Source: Squalus acanthias
Taxonomy: Eukaryota
DNA length: 64,000 bases
Direction of reading: 5' to 3'
Assembly (NCBI GenBank): GCA_030390025.1
Contig: CM059433.1
Location: 5,766,001-5,830,000, forward strand
Under the pieces are notes generated by a model. That model was not told where the DNA came from, made no database searches, and worked only from the letters and a program-made list of their open reading frames with translations. Position 1 is the first letter of the stretch, and every line of letters starts with the position of its first letter. Position numbers and translations under genes: made by a program. Shown here in pieces: positions 39,880 to 52,800 of the stretch.

Positions 39880-40475
39880 TATATTATTAAGTTATGTTAC
39901 AGTTCTATAAAGCTCTGGTTAGACTGCATCTGGAGTACTGCATTCAGTTCTGGGCACCACACCTCAGGAAGGATATATTAGGCTTGGAGGGGTGCAGCGC
40001 AGATGCATCAGAACGATACCGGGGCTAAAAGGGTTAAATTATGAGGATAGGTTGCATAGACTAGGCTTGTATTCCCTTGAATATAGAAGATTAAGGATGA
40101 TCTAATTGAGGTGTTTAAGAATGATTAAAGGATTTGATAGGATAGATAAAGAGAAACTGTTTCCTCTGGTGGCAGTGTCCAGAACAAAGGGAGCATAACC
40201 TTAGAATTAGAGCTAGGCCATTCAGGGATGATGTCAGGAAGCACTTCTTCACACAAAGGGTAGTGGAAATCTGGAACTCTCTTCCCAAAAAGCTGTTGAG
40301 GCTGGGGGTCAACTGAAATATGTCAAAAAAGAGATTGATAGATTTTTGTTAGGTAAGGGTATTAAGGGATTCGGAACCAAAGCGGGTAAATGGAGTTAAG
40401 ATACAGATCAGCCATGAGCTAATAGAATAGCAGACAGGCTCGAGGGGCTGAATGGCCTACTCCTGTTCCTATTTA
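39880..40475 (+). mobile_element. CR1 LINE 3' fragment
   Basis: Degenerate LVR.HLEYC.QFW...FFTQRVV.IWNSLP coding sequence and GGCCTACTCCTG 3' UTR. Confidence 0.82.
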
Positions 40476-41789
40476 TTTTGGAGAATTAGACGGAATGGGC
40501 GGAATGATTCCTTCATCCGAATCCACGTGCGATCTTGTAACGCAGCCCCTAACGTTTCTCAAGGGATTTTGATCACAATAGCGTCGGCTTCACGTTTTCC
40601 TCAGTTCAAACAGACAAAGAGTTGTGCCCTGTGAGGCCTGGCTCACAGAGTTCTCTCACAGCAGCGAACCAGTGCAGCATCACAGAGAGTTACTCAGCCT
40701 CTGCCACAACTAGGTGTGGTGGCAATCAATAGCATGCCTGGAATATCTCTGGACCGTTAGACCATGAAATTATTTAATGAAATGTCTGAGACTATTAACC
40801 CAATGCTGTCCTTGACCTCTCGAAATCCATCAAGCCTGGCAGCTGCAGTTTGGCTGGGTTCCTGGGGCAAGTGAGCACAGGTAGCTTCACGCTGGCAGAG
40901 GCTGCTTGATGGGAACGATAGGAAGCTCAGGGTGGAATGTGTGACCAAATATCATTAGGCTGGGGAAAGATATGCAGGTGTTCCCACATGGGGAATGCAA
41001 TGTTGTTTTTTTTATAAGTTTAAGAACGAGAACATTCAGCTGACTTTGATCAAGGTGGTTTTGTGTGATGAGAAACACCATAAAGACTTTGTTATTCATT
41101 GCCTCAGAAATCAAGGGGTTGACATTCCTCCTCATCAACAATTATAGCGAAAAAGTTGGAGCGAGTACAAAACAGACGATCCACTTTTGTGATCACGCTG
41201 AGTAAAATGATCAATAGGAAGAAATTCCCGACTCTAATTCGGCCTAATGGTGGGAGTCTTAAATTACTGCATTCGATATTAATGTGCAAATGTTTAATAT
41301 ATGCGGATGATATTACTATTTTAATAGAGGTGTTAACCCATTCATTTTAAATCAACGTCTTTCGTAAAAAAGCGGGCAGAGTACTTTTGTACGAATGTGC
41401 TAAATGTTTGTACTCTGATATCACACGCAGTCATTCCTGGGCTCTATTGTCAGTTACTTACTTTCCAACTGCACACTTATATGGGCCATTCGGTGACTGA
41501 TTTATTTACCTATAATATTTCACCAATACTTTGAAATATTTTAGTCCTCCACAAAAACAACTTGATCATGTAGAAATTTCAATCTAGGAGGAGGCTGTTT
41601 CGGCCAACTATTACTGGAGCTATCTACGCTAAACTCATTTTCCTGCTCCTACCATCAAGTGCTTATCTAACTTCCTTTGAAACGTTATGATTGAATTCTC
41701 TTCCATAACTCATAAGAACATAATTTATTCCATATACTAATAACTATTTGCATGAAAACATTTCTTCCAATTTATGCTTCTCGTGAAGA

Positions 41790-43395
41790 AAGAACGAAAG
41801 AACTTGCATTTACATAAAACCTCAGGACGTCCCAAAGCGCTTCACAGCCAATGAGGTACTGTTGAAGTATAATCACTGTTGTAAGAACATAAGAACATAA
41901 GAAATAGGAGCAGGAGTAGGCTATTTGGCCCCTCGAGCCTGCTCCGCCATTCAATAAGATCATGGCTGATCTTCTACCTCATCACCACTTTCCTGCACTA
42001 TCCCCATATCCCTTGATTCCCTTAATATTCAAAAATCTATTGATCTCTGTCTTGAATATACTCAACGACTGAGCATCCACTGCCCTCTGGGGTAGAGAAT
42101 TCCAAAGATTCACCACCCTCTGAGTGAAAAAAATTCTCCTCATCTCAGTCCTAAATGGCTGACCCCTTATTCTGAGACTGTGACCCCTGGTTCTAGACTC
42201 CCCAGCCAGGGGAAACATCCTCCCTGCATCTACCCTGTCAAACCCTGTAAGAATTTTGTGCATTTCAATGAGATCATCGCTCATTCTTCTAAACTCTAGA
42301 GAATATAGGCCTAGTCTACTCAATCTCTCCTCATAGGACAATCCCCCCATCCCAGGAACCAGTCTGGTGAACCTTTGTTGCACTCCCTCTATGGCAAGTA
42401 TATCCTTCCTATGGCCCTATATAATTGCAGTAAGACGTCTTTACTCTTATACTCAAATCCTCTTGTAATAAAGGCCAACATATCATTTGCTTTCTTAATT
42501 GCTTGCTGTACCTGCTTGTTAACTTTCAGTGATTTGTGTACAAGGACACCCAGGTCCCTCTGAACACCAACATTTCCCAATCTCTCACCATTTAAAAAAT
42601 ACTCTGATTTTCTGTTTTTCCTACCAAAGTGGATAACTTCACATTTCTCCACATTATATTCCATTTGCCATGTTCTTGCCCACTCACTTAGCCTGTCTAT
42701 ATCCCCTTGAAGCCTCCTTGCATTCTCTTCACAACTTACATTCCCACCCAGCTTTGTATCAGCAGCAAACTTGGATATATTACATTTGGTCCCCTCATCC
42801 AAATCATTGATGTAGATTGTGAATAGCTGAGGCCCAAGCACTGATCCTTGCGGTACCCCACTAGTTACAGCCTGCCAACCCGAAAATGACCCCTTTATTC
42901 CTACTCTCTGTTTTCTGTCCGTTAACCAATCCTCAATCCATGCTAGTAAGCCCTAATTTTGTTTAATAACCTCTTATGTGGCACCTTATCGAATGCCATC
43001 TGAAAATCCAAATACACCACATCCACTGGTTCCCCCTTAACGTAGAGAAATACAGCAGCCATTTTGCACACAGCAAGGCCCCACAAACAACATGTGATAA
43101 TGGCCAGACATTCAGTTTTTAGTGATGTTGGTTGAGGGATAAATATTGGTCAGGACACCGGGGATAACTCCCCTGCTCTTCTTCGAAATAGTGCCATGGG
43201 ATCTTTTATGTCCACCTGAGACGGCAGATGTGCTCAGTTTAACGTCTCATCTGAAAGACGGCACCTCCTGACATTGCAGCCCTCCCTCAGCACTGCACTG
43301 AAGTGTCAGTCTAGATTTTGTGCTCAAGTCTCTGGAGTGGACAAACTTTTGACCCAGAGGCGAGAGTGCTACCACTGAGCCACAGCTGACACCTA
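41790..43395 (-). mobile_element. DeuSINE-like SINE split by the CR1 insertion (pieces 41790-41884 and 43038-43395)
   Basis: CACTGTTGTAA | ...CGTAGAGAAATACAGCAGCC rejoin to the reverse complement of 33066-33520. Confidence 0.78.
41882..43037 (-). mobile_element. CR1 LINE 3' fragment inserted into a SINE
   Basis: ORFs 42389-42841 and 41982-42383 (RT C-terminus); (TAAGAACA)n tail. Confidence 0.9.
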
Positions 43396-43721
43396 CATTA
43401 GCATTTCTATTCAATGCTGTTAAAATAAAACAGAATTGGAGAGATTAACACCCGCCCCATCTTCTAAAATCGGAAAACACGCCCTGGTATTCTTGGGAAA
43501 CAGATGTTGTCACTTTTGCTTCTAACATTTTAGAAAAAGGCCAAAACTCTGACAGAACCACCTCGTCACTTTTGTGGTTTGGTCCTGTCCGATAGCCAGT
43601 GCTGGTGTTTCACTCGGGATGCCTGGACTCCTCCATATGCTATTTTATTTAGTGAAGTGAATGTTTAGGGATCTTGGGTACAGAGGATGCCAACCTATTG
43701 TGAAACTTTAAACAGGAGTAC

Positions 43722-43895
43722 CTGTACAGTCAGCATTCTCCCCGGTCCACCGTCCGCTGGGCTGACATACTCTGGTACTGGAGCCAATGAGCTGATAGCC
43801 AGGCTGACAGATGAAGTGCACTTCGTGATCCGTGCTGTACCTGGAGCCAAACTTCTTGCCATGCTTGGGAGCCTCCAGTGAAGGGCACGATGTCA
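43722..43895 (-). CDS. FBLN7: Fibulin-7 exon 3 (Sushi/CCP domain), 174 bp
   Basis: CATTTTAG acceptor, GTACTC donor; VTSCPSLEAPKHGKKFGSRYSTDHEVHFICQPGYQLIGSSTRVCQPSGRWTGENADCT. Confidence 0.94.
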
Positions 43896-44500
43896 CTAAA
43901 ATGAAACACAAAGGGGGACAAATTCAGTAATGACCATTTTGGGGCGCTAACATCGCCTGGGCGGTAACTTTAGTGCCCAGTGCTAATTAGCGCCGACGAC
44001 CGTGAAATTGAGTTTTAGCGCCCCAAGAGGGAAGGGGAGCGCTAAATCAAGCGCTACACACTTCTCTTAGGGCGCTAACGTCGGAGAGCGGGGCGCTACC
44101 TTCAGAGTGCTAATCAAGTTCCGGCGCTGTCAATTAGAAAGTTGTCCAGTTCCTAAAGGGGAGGTTTAATCATGCTGCACAGCCTCACTCTGATCATTGC
44201 TGCTTGTGAACTGGGCCTGCAAGGAGCTGCAAGCCTTCACTCAAAGAAGTCATGGCTGATCAGAGGTCAGGGTGAGTACATGCTTCAAAAACCTGTACAT
44301 GCCACCTTCTCAACCTCACTCTGTGCACACACTGTATAAACCGCCACATCCCCAACACTCATCCACCAACTATGCCCACCTACTAAAAGTCACATCCACA
44401 TCTGACGAGTTGCATATATTAACAGCTATTCAACTATGGTAGGCACATCTGCCAAACACATAGCTGCTCACTCACTCACACGCTTTCCTTTTTCTTGGAG

Positions 44501-45920
44501 GCCAAGCTTGCTCACAACAGGAGGGAGCAGCTACGAATGGGAGGAGGTGAGGCAGACCTGCACCCCCTTACACACCTGGAGGAGTGAGTGGGCCGCATCA
44601 TTGGGGGCCAGGTCATGGGTGCTGTGGCCGTCGGAGATGTCGACCCCCTTGGAGACAACAACAGTATGTTCATCACCTCTCCCTCTTCTCTCATACCACT
44701 TCCCCCTCACACCACAAGCCTTTCCCACTTTCCATCTAAGTATACTGTCTCCATTCCTTGCTCCCTTCCTGCCCCCCTCCCCTGACCTTAACCCCACTCT
44801 TGTGCCTTTATGCTTTCAGATAATCAGCCACCATCTGACCAACCTGTCCCCCAGCCTCCCAGTGGCAGCGACGCGGGAGAGGAGGAGGAAGAACAAGCCA
44901 GAGCCTCACTGCCTGTGTCTCCCGAAGGCGCTAGGTCCGATAATGGGGCGACGCGGTCGCTGGAGGGGAGCCTAGTAGATGGGTCTGATGTGGGTGAAGC
45001 TCCGGGACCCAGCGGGCTGCAGGAACGCCACGGGGAAAGTGAAGCTTGGGGGCCATCTCCCCGGAGGGGGAGTTCGTGTGTGAGTTCTGCTGCACAGGAC
45101 TCAGATGAGGATGTCGATGTGGAAGCGTTGACCAGACGGGCGATGGGCATGCACACCGAGCTCATGGGTGCAATGGCAAGGGTGCCCGAGAGCATGGATG
45201 CACTGGCAAGGAGCGTGGAGGAGTCCATCTCCAACATTGCACTCAGCTCTGCTCACACCATTGAACCCATCCTTGGCAGTTTGCAAGGATGGTCGACTCG
45301 CAGAGAGACCGTGGGGACCCAGTCCTTATGCCGCGTGTCATGGGTGAGGTGGCAGCAGCTATTGCAGCACAGGCCGAAGCAACGCAACGGCTTAGTGCTG
45401 TAATGGAGTCAGTGGTTGGTGGCATCCAATCTCAGACTGCTCTCATGCAGTCTCAGATTGATGCCACGCAAGTGCTGACTGCTGCCATCGTTGCTGGGTT
45501 GCACACAGTCCACCGGGGATCTCACGTGCTGCAGCAGGCCAGCAATCTGTGCTCGAGCAGATTGCTCCGGATGCTGAGGTTCTGCCCCGGGGGAGTGGCA
45601 GTGTGTCGGTCGAGCAGGAAGGTGCTGTCCTCTCTCAGGATGACAGCATTCCTGCTCCCACCACTGCCACTCCGCCATTGCACTTGTCGCAGCTTGTAAC
45701 CCAGCCATCCCAGACTGCTGCCGCCCATGCTGAGGTGGTGCAGTCTGCAGCCGGGCCCTCCAGGTCCAGAGCTGGTCGAGGGCGTCCTGAAAGGCCATCT
45801 GCAGTCTCTGGCTCCCAGACTCAGCAGCCTTCCACCAGCCTTGCTGCAGCCACTGGGGCCACATTATGGAGCAGCAGTAGGGTTGGGAGGGGGAACTCAA
45901 AAGGGGAGGGAAATCATTGA
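44501..45920 (+). pseudogene. Harbinger second gene (Myb/SANT-like DNA-binding partner), spliced and degraded
   Basis: Exon 44501-44664 AKLAHNRREQLRMGGGEADL (resembles the ..RE...TGGG end of Harbinger Myb-like domains; internal TGA); GTATGT...TTTCAG intron; then acidic, low-complexity and helical frameshifted ORFs; convergent with the transposase. Confidence 0.65.
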
Positions 45921-46253
45921 AGAAGGGGGAGTAAAGAATACTTTAGTAGCAAATCGGGGTAGTGTGTGTTAATAAATTGATGTGTTTGTAAATATATTGT
46001 GTTTGTGAACAAATAGTTATGCTTGTAAATAGATATTTGTGTTTGGTAACAAATAGTTCAGTTTGATAAGAAAGAGTTGTGTTTGTTTATGAATAGCTGT
46101 GTTCCATAAGAGACAGTTGTGTTCGATAATAAATTGTTAATTTGACGTTGCACCTTTTGTGATGTTTCTCATTTGACCTTTGCCCGGTGATAGGGGCTGC
46201 GAGCTGGATGTAATGATGTGGTTGTGCTGCGCAAATGCCATGTGCTATATCAT

Positions 46254-47412
46254 TTATTGGAAGCGCTGTGTAATGAGGCGTTCACGCACAGCCCTTGCAG
46301 AAGCAAGATTGAGCGCCTCCCTCCTCCGTTGCTGCTGCTCCTCCTCCTCTTCATCCCATCATCCGCCTCCTCCTGCTCCTCTCCCTCTTCCTCCTCCTGA
46401 GGTGGACCTCCAATACCTGGTGGCCAGGTTGTGCATCATGCAGCACATAACGATGAAAAGGGAGACTCGAGCAGGGGAGTGCTGCAGGGCTCCTCCAGAG
46501 CGGTCAAGGCAGCGGAACCATTGCTTTAGCACCCCGATAGTCTGTTCGATCAGGTTCCTGGTGGCAGTATGGCTGTCATTGTCTGCGTGCTGAGCAGGAG
46601 TGTTGGGGTTGCGGAGGGGTGTCATCAGCCAGGTGGCGAGTGGATAACCCTTGTCTCCGAGCAGCCAGCCGCGAGCTTCATGTGGTGGGTGGAACAGTGC
46701 TGGGACACCAGTCTGTCGCAGGATGAATGCATCGTGGCTGCTGCCAGGATAGTGGGCATTGATGGCAAAGATGAGCTGTCTGTGGTCGCACACCAACTGA
46801 ACGTTCAGAGAGTGGTAGACTTTGCGGTTACGGAACACATCTGCATTGTGATGAGGTGCCCGCAATACCACGTAGGTGCAGTCAATGGCGCCCTGAACCA
46901 TGGGGAAGCCCGCTATCCTTGCAAAGCCACATGCGCGTTCATCCTGCTTCTCTCTGGTGATGGGGAATGAGATGTACTCCCTTCTCCTTCTGTAGAGAGC
47001 ATCTGTTACCTCCCGGATGCAGCAATGGACGGCGAACTGCAAAATCTTTGCAATATCCCCAGTTGAAGCCTGGAAGGAGCCGCTGGCGTAGAAATTGAGA
47101 GCGACTGTGACCTTAACTGCCACTGAGAGAGACGTCCTGGTCCTGAGCTGAGGCTGGAGGTCTGGCTGCAGGCAGGTGGCAGAGCTCTGTGACCACCTCC
47201 TTGCTGAAGCGGAACCTTCTAAGGCACTGCTCCTCTGAGAGATGAATGTAGGAGAAGTGCTCCCGGAAAACCCTGGGAGGGTAAGGCCTCCTGTTGCGAG
47301 GTCTGTCAGCCCTCCTCCTACCTCTGGCCACATTTGGCAATCTCTGTCTCTGCATCCACTGCCTCCGACGTAGTTGCTGGAGGGCAAGGTGGAGCGCCAG
47401 TACAGCCCCCAT
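46254..47412 (-). pseudogene. Harbinger (HARBI1-like) DDE transposase, frameshifted
   Basis: MGAVL...RRFRFSKE / ALNFYASGSFQ, GAIDCTYV, NRKVYHSLNVQLVCD, PGSSHDAFIL, LGDKGY, IEQTIGVLKQWFRCLD, CMMHN, acidic tail, RERLITQRFQ-stop; frameshifts near 47173 and 46350-46420. Confidence 0.92.
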
Positions 47413-47822
47413 AAATGAGAGAAAAGAGGACGTAGAAATGTTCAGAGCAATACAAGTGGAGAATCTGTTGGAGCAGCAACAAAGCAAAAATGGACAAAAT
47501 GTGAACGCAGCCAAAACGCTATCTGACAAGCCAGCAATGAATCTGACCTCCCAATGAACCGGTAAGTGATCCTTTTAAATAGCGCCCCGGGAGCGGAAAT
47601 CCCAGGTAGCAACGCCTGCTATTTCTGTCGTTCTCAGCGCCAGGCGGTAAGTCAGGGGAAGCGACTGAATTTCGCATCCGGGGCGCTAACGGGGCGTTGC
47701 ACACTCATTGACGTCACGGTCAGAGCGGCGCTAGAGGGCCAGGCGCTAAGTGTTAGCGCCGGCGCTAAATGCCGACTGAATTTCGCGGGCGGCGTTGGTC
47801 ATGATCCACATATGAGCCTAGA

Positions 47823-48360
47823 CCACAACAACAACTTGCATTTATATAGCGCCATTAACATAGTAAAACGTCCCAAGGTGCTTCACAGTGGCGGTTATCA
47901 AACAAAATTTGACACAGAGCCACATAAGGAGATATAAGGACAGGTGACCAAAAGCTTGGTCAAAGAGGTAGGTTTTAAGGAGCGTCTTAACGGAGGAGAG
48001 AGAAGTGGAGAGGTTTAGGGAGGGAATTCCAGAGCTTAGGGCCTAGGCAGCTGAAGGCACGGCCGCCAATGGCAGAACGATTAAAATCGGGGATGCGCAA
48101 GAGGCCAGAATTGTAGGAGCGCAGAGATCTCAGAGGGTTGTCGGGCTGAAGGAAGTTACAGAGATAGGGAGGGGTGAGACCATGGAGGGATTTGAACACA
48201 AGAAACATTTTAAAATCGAGCATTGCCGGACTGGGCTGCAATGTAGCTCAGCGAGCACAGGGGCGATGGGTGCACCGGACTTGGTGTGAGTTAGGATTCG
48301 GGCAGTAGAATTTTGGATGAGCTATAGGGTGGAAGATGGAAGGCCGGCCAGGAGAGGTAA
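47823..48360 (-). mobile_element. L2-clade LINE 3' fragment
   Basis: ORF 47987-48241 FKMFLVFKSLHGLTPPYL...GGRAFSCLGPKLWNSLP; (CAA)n tail. Confidence 0.85.
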
Positions 48361-49894
48361 CAAAGGCATAGATGAGGGGGCATCATGTCCTCACCTGACA
48401 TCCATACACATCATCCTTTCCAGCAAGGGTCACTGAATAGCAGTCAAATGGAAGAATTAGAAGACTTTCTCCTCTCTGACTCAATGGCACCAAGTCCATT
48501 TGTAGCGCTCTAACTACTGTCCCGATTTGTCTACAAAGCAACAGCAACATATCCAAAGCACTTTGAGATGATTGTGTGGTGTGTTATCACAAAATATCCC
48601 TTAATGGTTGTGGTCAGCTAAACCAGCAATCGAACCCGGGACCTTATGGTCTGTATGGCTCAGTACCACGTCATGCGATGAATTTACCCAGTACACCATC
48701 AAAGGAGCTCAATATTCTTTTTAACCAAGTGCATTAATCGGATTTAATGAACCAGGGGTTGATGTTTATACTCAGAGTATTTTTATTTTATAGAAGATAC
48801 AGATTGAAGCTCATAATGAAGTAACAGCAGTTCAGTCCTCGCGTGAAATCTAACAGATCAAAGAAATTTCCCCCCAGTTTTTGACAACATTGGACATATA
48901 TCGCTCATTCCTTTATCGTTGCTGGGTCAAAATCCTTTGTTGAAACCAGGATGAGGGGGCGGGGGGTGGGAGGGAGGAACAAATGCCTCAAAGGAAGATA
49001 GAGGGAGCCTTTTGGTAACCTCGTCAATCCCTGACAGTAGTTTCAGGATCTAGGCTAAGATCTTCATTAAAAGCACTGAACATCTGCATCTTTTGATCCT
49101 GCAGTACTGGGTCTGAGAAATGATGTCATGGACCATCCCTTGGTTCTTCTTGGCCAGATTCTTGCTACAGTTTCAAGGAGAGTAGATGTGGAGCCAACCC
49201 CTGTGGCGGGGGGAGGCGGGGAGGTTAATGAAGGAGTTGGGGCTGGCTGCTGTTGCACCAGGAGGACATGAGCAACCATTTTAGCAGCTAATTTATCATG
49301 GATGAGGTGAGCATGTCAAATTTATAGGAACAGAAATCTTGCCACTCGGACGGTTGAGTGGGAAAAGGAACTTATGTCTGTAACAGAGGTCACAGCCAAC
49401 GAGGCTGAAGCTGGAGAGAATTGGTCAATTGAGCAAACCCAAGTTAGTTGGAGGGATGGGTAGGTCACCCACTGAGCCATTACACGAGGCTATCAAAGAA
49501 TGATAAGCAGCAAAACTGCAGCTGCTGATTTAAAAGAAGCCTTTACTGTGATTTCATGAATGGAACCAACAACCTGACATCTCATCCCATCGTCCAAGAT
49601 GGAGAAGGAAAGGTCAGCATGGGACGATGACCCAATGAACATCCCCTGCTGGTTGGAGGAAGGAGCACTATCTGAAAGATTAGCCACCAAGATAGAATCA
49701 AAGGGACAAGAGAACATGCTCTAAAACCAACAAGGATAAGCACCCTAGAAAAAAAACCCTCCCCCTCCACCAAACCTGAGATTTAGAACATAGTTTCATT
49801 TTGGAAGGGGGGAATAATTTTACATGGGAGGATGTGCCTTTAAAATGTTTTGATATTTTGATGTTAGTCATGCGATTTCTTCCCATTCCATTCA

Positions 49895-52800
49895 TGAAGG
49901 AGGGTGGAGGGGTGGAGAAGAACTTGGAGTGGGAGGGGGAGGATCCAGTTGTTGTGGTACATGTAGGAATCAACGACATAGGTAGAACTAAGAATGAGGT
50001 TCTGCTGAGGGAGTTTGAGGTGCTAGGGTCTAAATTAATAAGCAGAACCTCAAGGGTAATAATCTCTGGATTACTACCTGAGCCATGCGCAAATTGGCAT
50101 AGGGTCAAGCAGATCAGAGAGTTAAATGCATGGCTCGAAGAGTGGTGTGGGAAGAAGGGGTTTCAATTCATGGGGCACTGGCGCCAGTACACTGGGGAAA
50201 GAGGGAGCTGTTCCCTCGGGACAGGCTCCACTTAAACCAGGCTGGGACCAGCGTCCTGGCGAATCGAATAACTGGGGCTGTAGATAGGGCTTTAAACTAA
50301 AAAAGGGGGGGGAGGGGTCAGGTGAGGGGGAATTTAGAAATCTAAAGAGAAAGGTCAAGGCAATAGAGCAGTGTAGCGATTTGGGTAAAAATAAGCAGAG
50401 TGTGACAGGAAGGGACAGAGAGTTTAACGGTAGCAGTGCATCAGAGAATAAGGTCAAAGCAGGGATTTATGGTAAAAAAAATTAAATTAAAGGCTCTTTA
50501 TCTGAATGCACAAAGCATTCGTAACAAGATAGATGAACTAGTGGCACAAATAGAGATAAATGAGTTTGATCTAATAGCCATTGCAGAGATGTGGTTGCAA
50601 GGTGACCGAGGTTGGGAACTAAATGTTCCAGGGTACTTGACGTTTCGAAAAGACAGGCAGAATGAAAAAGGAGTGGGGGGTAGCCCTGATAATAAAGGAT
50701 GACATAAGGACAGTAGAGAGAAAGGATCTCGGCTCGGAAGATCAGGAAGTAGAATCAGTATGGGTGGAGATAAGGAATAACAAGGGGCAGAAAACACTGG
50801 TGGGAGTAGTATATAGGCTCCCAAACAGTAGCTATACCGTTGGATAGAATATTAATCAAGAAATTGTAGGAGCTTGTAACAAAGGTAAAGCAATAATTGT
50901 GGGGGACTTTAATCTTCATATAGATTGGACAAATCAAATTGGCAAAGGTAGTCTGGAGGACGAGTTCATGGAATGCATTCGGGACAGTTTCCTAGAACAA
51001 TACTTCATGGAACCAGCCAGGGAACAGGCTATTTTAGATCTTGTATTGTGTAATGAGACAGGGTTAATTAGCAATCTCATAGTAAAGGATCCTCTGGGGC
51101 AGAGTGATCATAATATGATAGAATTTCACATTAAGTTTGAGAGTGACTTGCCTAAGTCCGAAACTACAGTCTTAAACTTAAATAAAGCCAATTACATAGG
51201 TATGAGTTGGCTAAGGTAGTTTGGAAAAATAGATTAAAAGGTATGGCGGTAGATAAGCAGTGGCTAGCATTTAAAGAAATATTTCATAATTCTCAACAAA
51301 AATACATTCCATTGAGAAACAAAAACTCCAGGTGATCCATCCGTGGCTAACTAAAGAAGTTAAGGATAGCATTAGATTGAAAGAAGAAGCTTATAATGTT
51401 GCGAAGAATATTAGTAAGCCTGAGGATTGGGAGAGTTTCAGAAACCAGCAAAGGATGACCAGAAAATTGATAAAAAGGGAAAAAATAGAATATGACAGAA
51501 AACTAGCAAGAAATATAAAAACAGATTGCAACAGTTACTACAAGTATGTAAAAAGGAAGAGAGTAGCAAAAGTAAACATTGGTCCCTTAGAGGCTGAGAC
51601 AGGAGAAATTATTATGGGGAATAAGGAAATGGCAGAAACGATAAACAAATACTTTGTATCTGTCTTCACAGTAGAAGACACAAAAAGCATACCAAAAATA
51701 GTGGGGAACCAAGGGTCTAATGAGGGTGAGGAACTTAACGTAATTAATGTAAGTAGAGAAAAAATACTAGAGAAACTAATGGGACTAAAAGCCAACAAAT
51801 CCCCTGGACCTGACGGCCTACATCCTAGAGTTCTAAAAGAGGTGGCTGCAGAGATAGTGGATGCATTGGTTTTGATCTTCCAAAATTCCCTAGATTCTAG
51901 AATGGTCCCAGCGGATTGGAAGGTAGAAAATGTAACACCGCTATTCAAGAAAGGAGGGAGAGAAAACACAGGGAACTACAGGCCAGTTAGCCTGACATCA
52001 GTCGTCGGGAAAATACTGGAATCCATTGTTAAGGAAGTGGTATCAGGGCACTTAGAAAATCATAACATGATTAGGCAGAGTCAATATGGTTTTATGAAAG
52101 GGAAATCCTGTTAGAGTTTTTCGAGGATGTAACTAGCAGGGTAGATCAAGGGGAACCAGTGGATGTAATATATTTGGATTTCCAAAAGGCATTTGATAAG
52201 GTGCCACATAAAAGGTTATTACACAAGATAAGGGCTCATGGGGTTGGGGGTAATATAATAGCATGGATAGAGGATTGGTTAACGGACAGAAAGCAGAGAG
52301 TAGGGATAAACGGGTCTTTTTCAGGTTGGCAGGCTCTAACTAGTGGGGTGACCCAAGGATCAGTGCTGGGGCCTCAGCAATTTACAATCTGTATTAATGA
52401 CCTAGATGAAGGGACCGAGTGTAATGTATCTAAGTTTGCTGACAATACAAAGCTAGGTGGGACAGTAAGCTGTGAGGAGAACACAGTCTGCAAAGGGATA
52501 TAGATAGACTAAGTGAGTGGGCCGTAAGGTGGCAGATGGAGTATAATGTAGGGAAATGTGAGGTTATTCACTTTGGTAGGAAGAATAGAAAAAAGAATGG
52601 GGGTGAAATTTAGTTGGTTGCGCCTCCCGTTAGCGCCTTAAGAGGGCGCTAATGGGGCGCAAAGCAACTAGCGCCCGGGCACGGCGATGTTTGCGCCGCT
52701 CGCGCAATTAACTAGACATTTTGCGGCGGCGCTAAACACTACCGCTACGATCTCCTGCGCCGGCAGATCGTGACGTCAGTCGAGTGCGCAACGCCCCGGT

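Larger units (their letters stand above)
43913..47795 (-). mobile_element. Decayed PIF/Harbinger DNA transposon (transposase plus convergent Myb/SANT-like gene); right TIR lost
   Basis: Left TIR GGGGGACAAATTCAGT; subterminal GGCGCTAA/TTAGCGCC repeats at both ends; 47570-47795 aligns to 52694-52920 but lacks the outer ~95 bp. Confidence 0.9.

Noticed and set aside
43913..44130. Spaced GGCGCTAA repeats as a CRISPR-like array
   Set aside because: Short, irregular, in both orientations; these are Harbinger subterminal motifs.
46254..47412. Domesticated HARBI1 host gene
   Set aside because: Frameshifted, intronic, and flanked by a TIR, subterminal repeats and a second gene, so it is a transposon copy.
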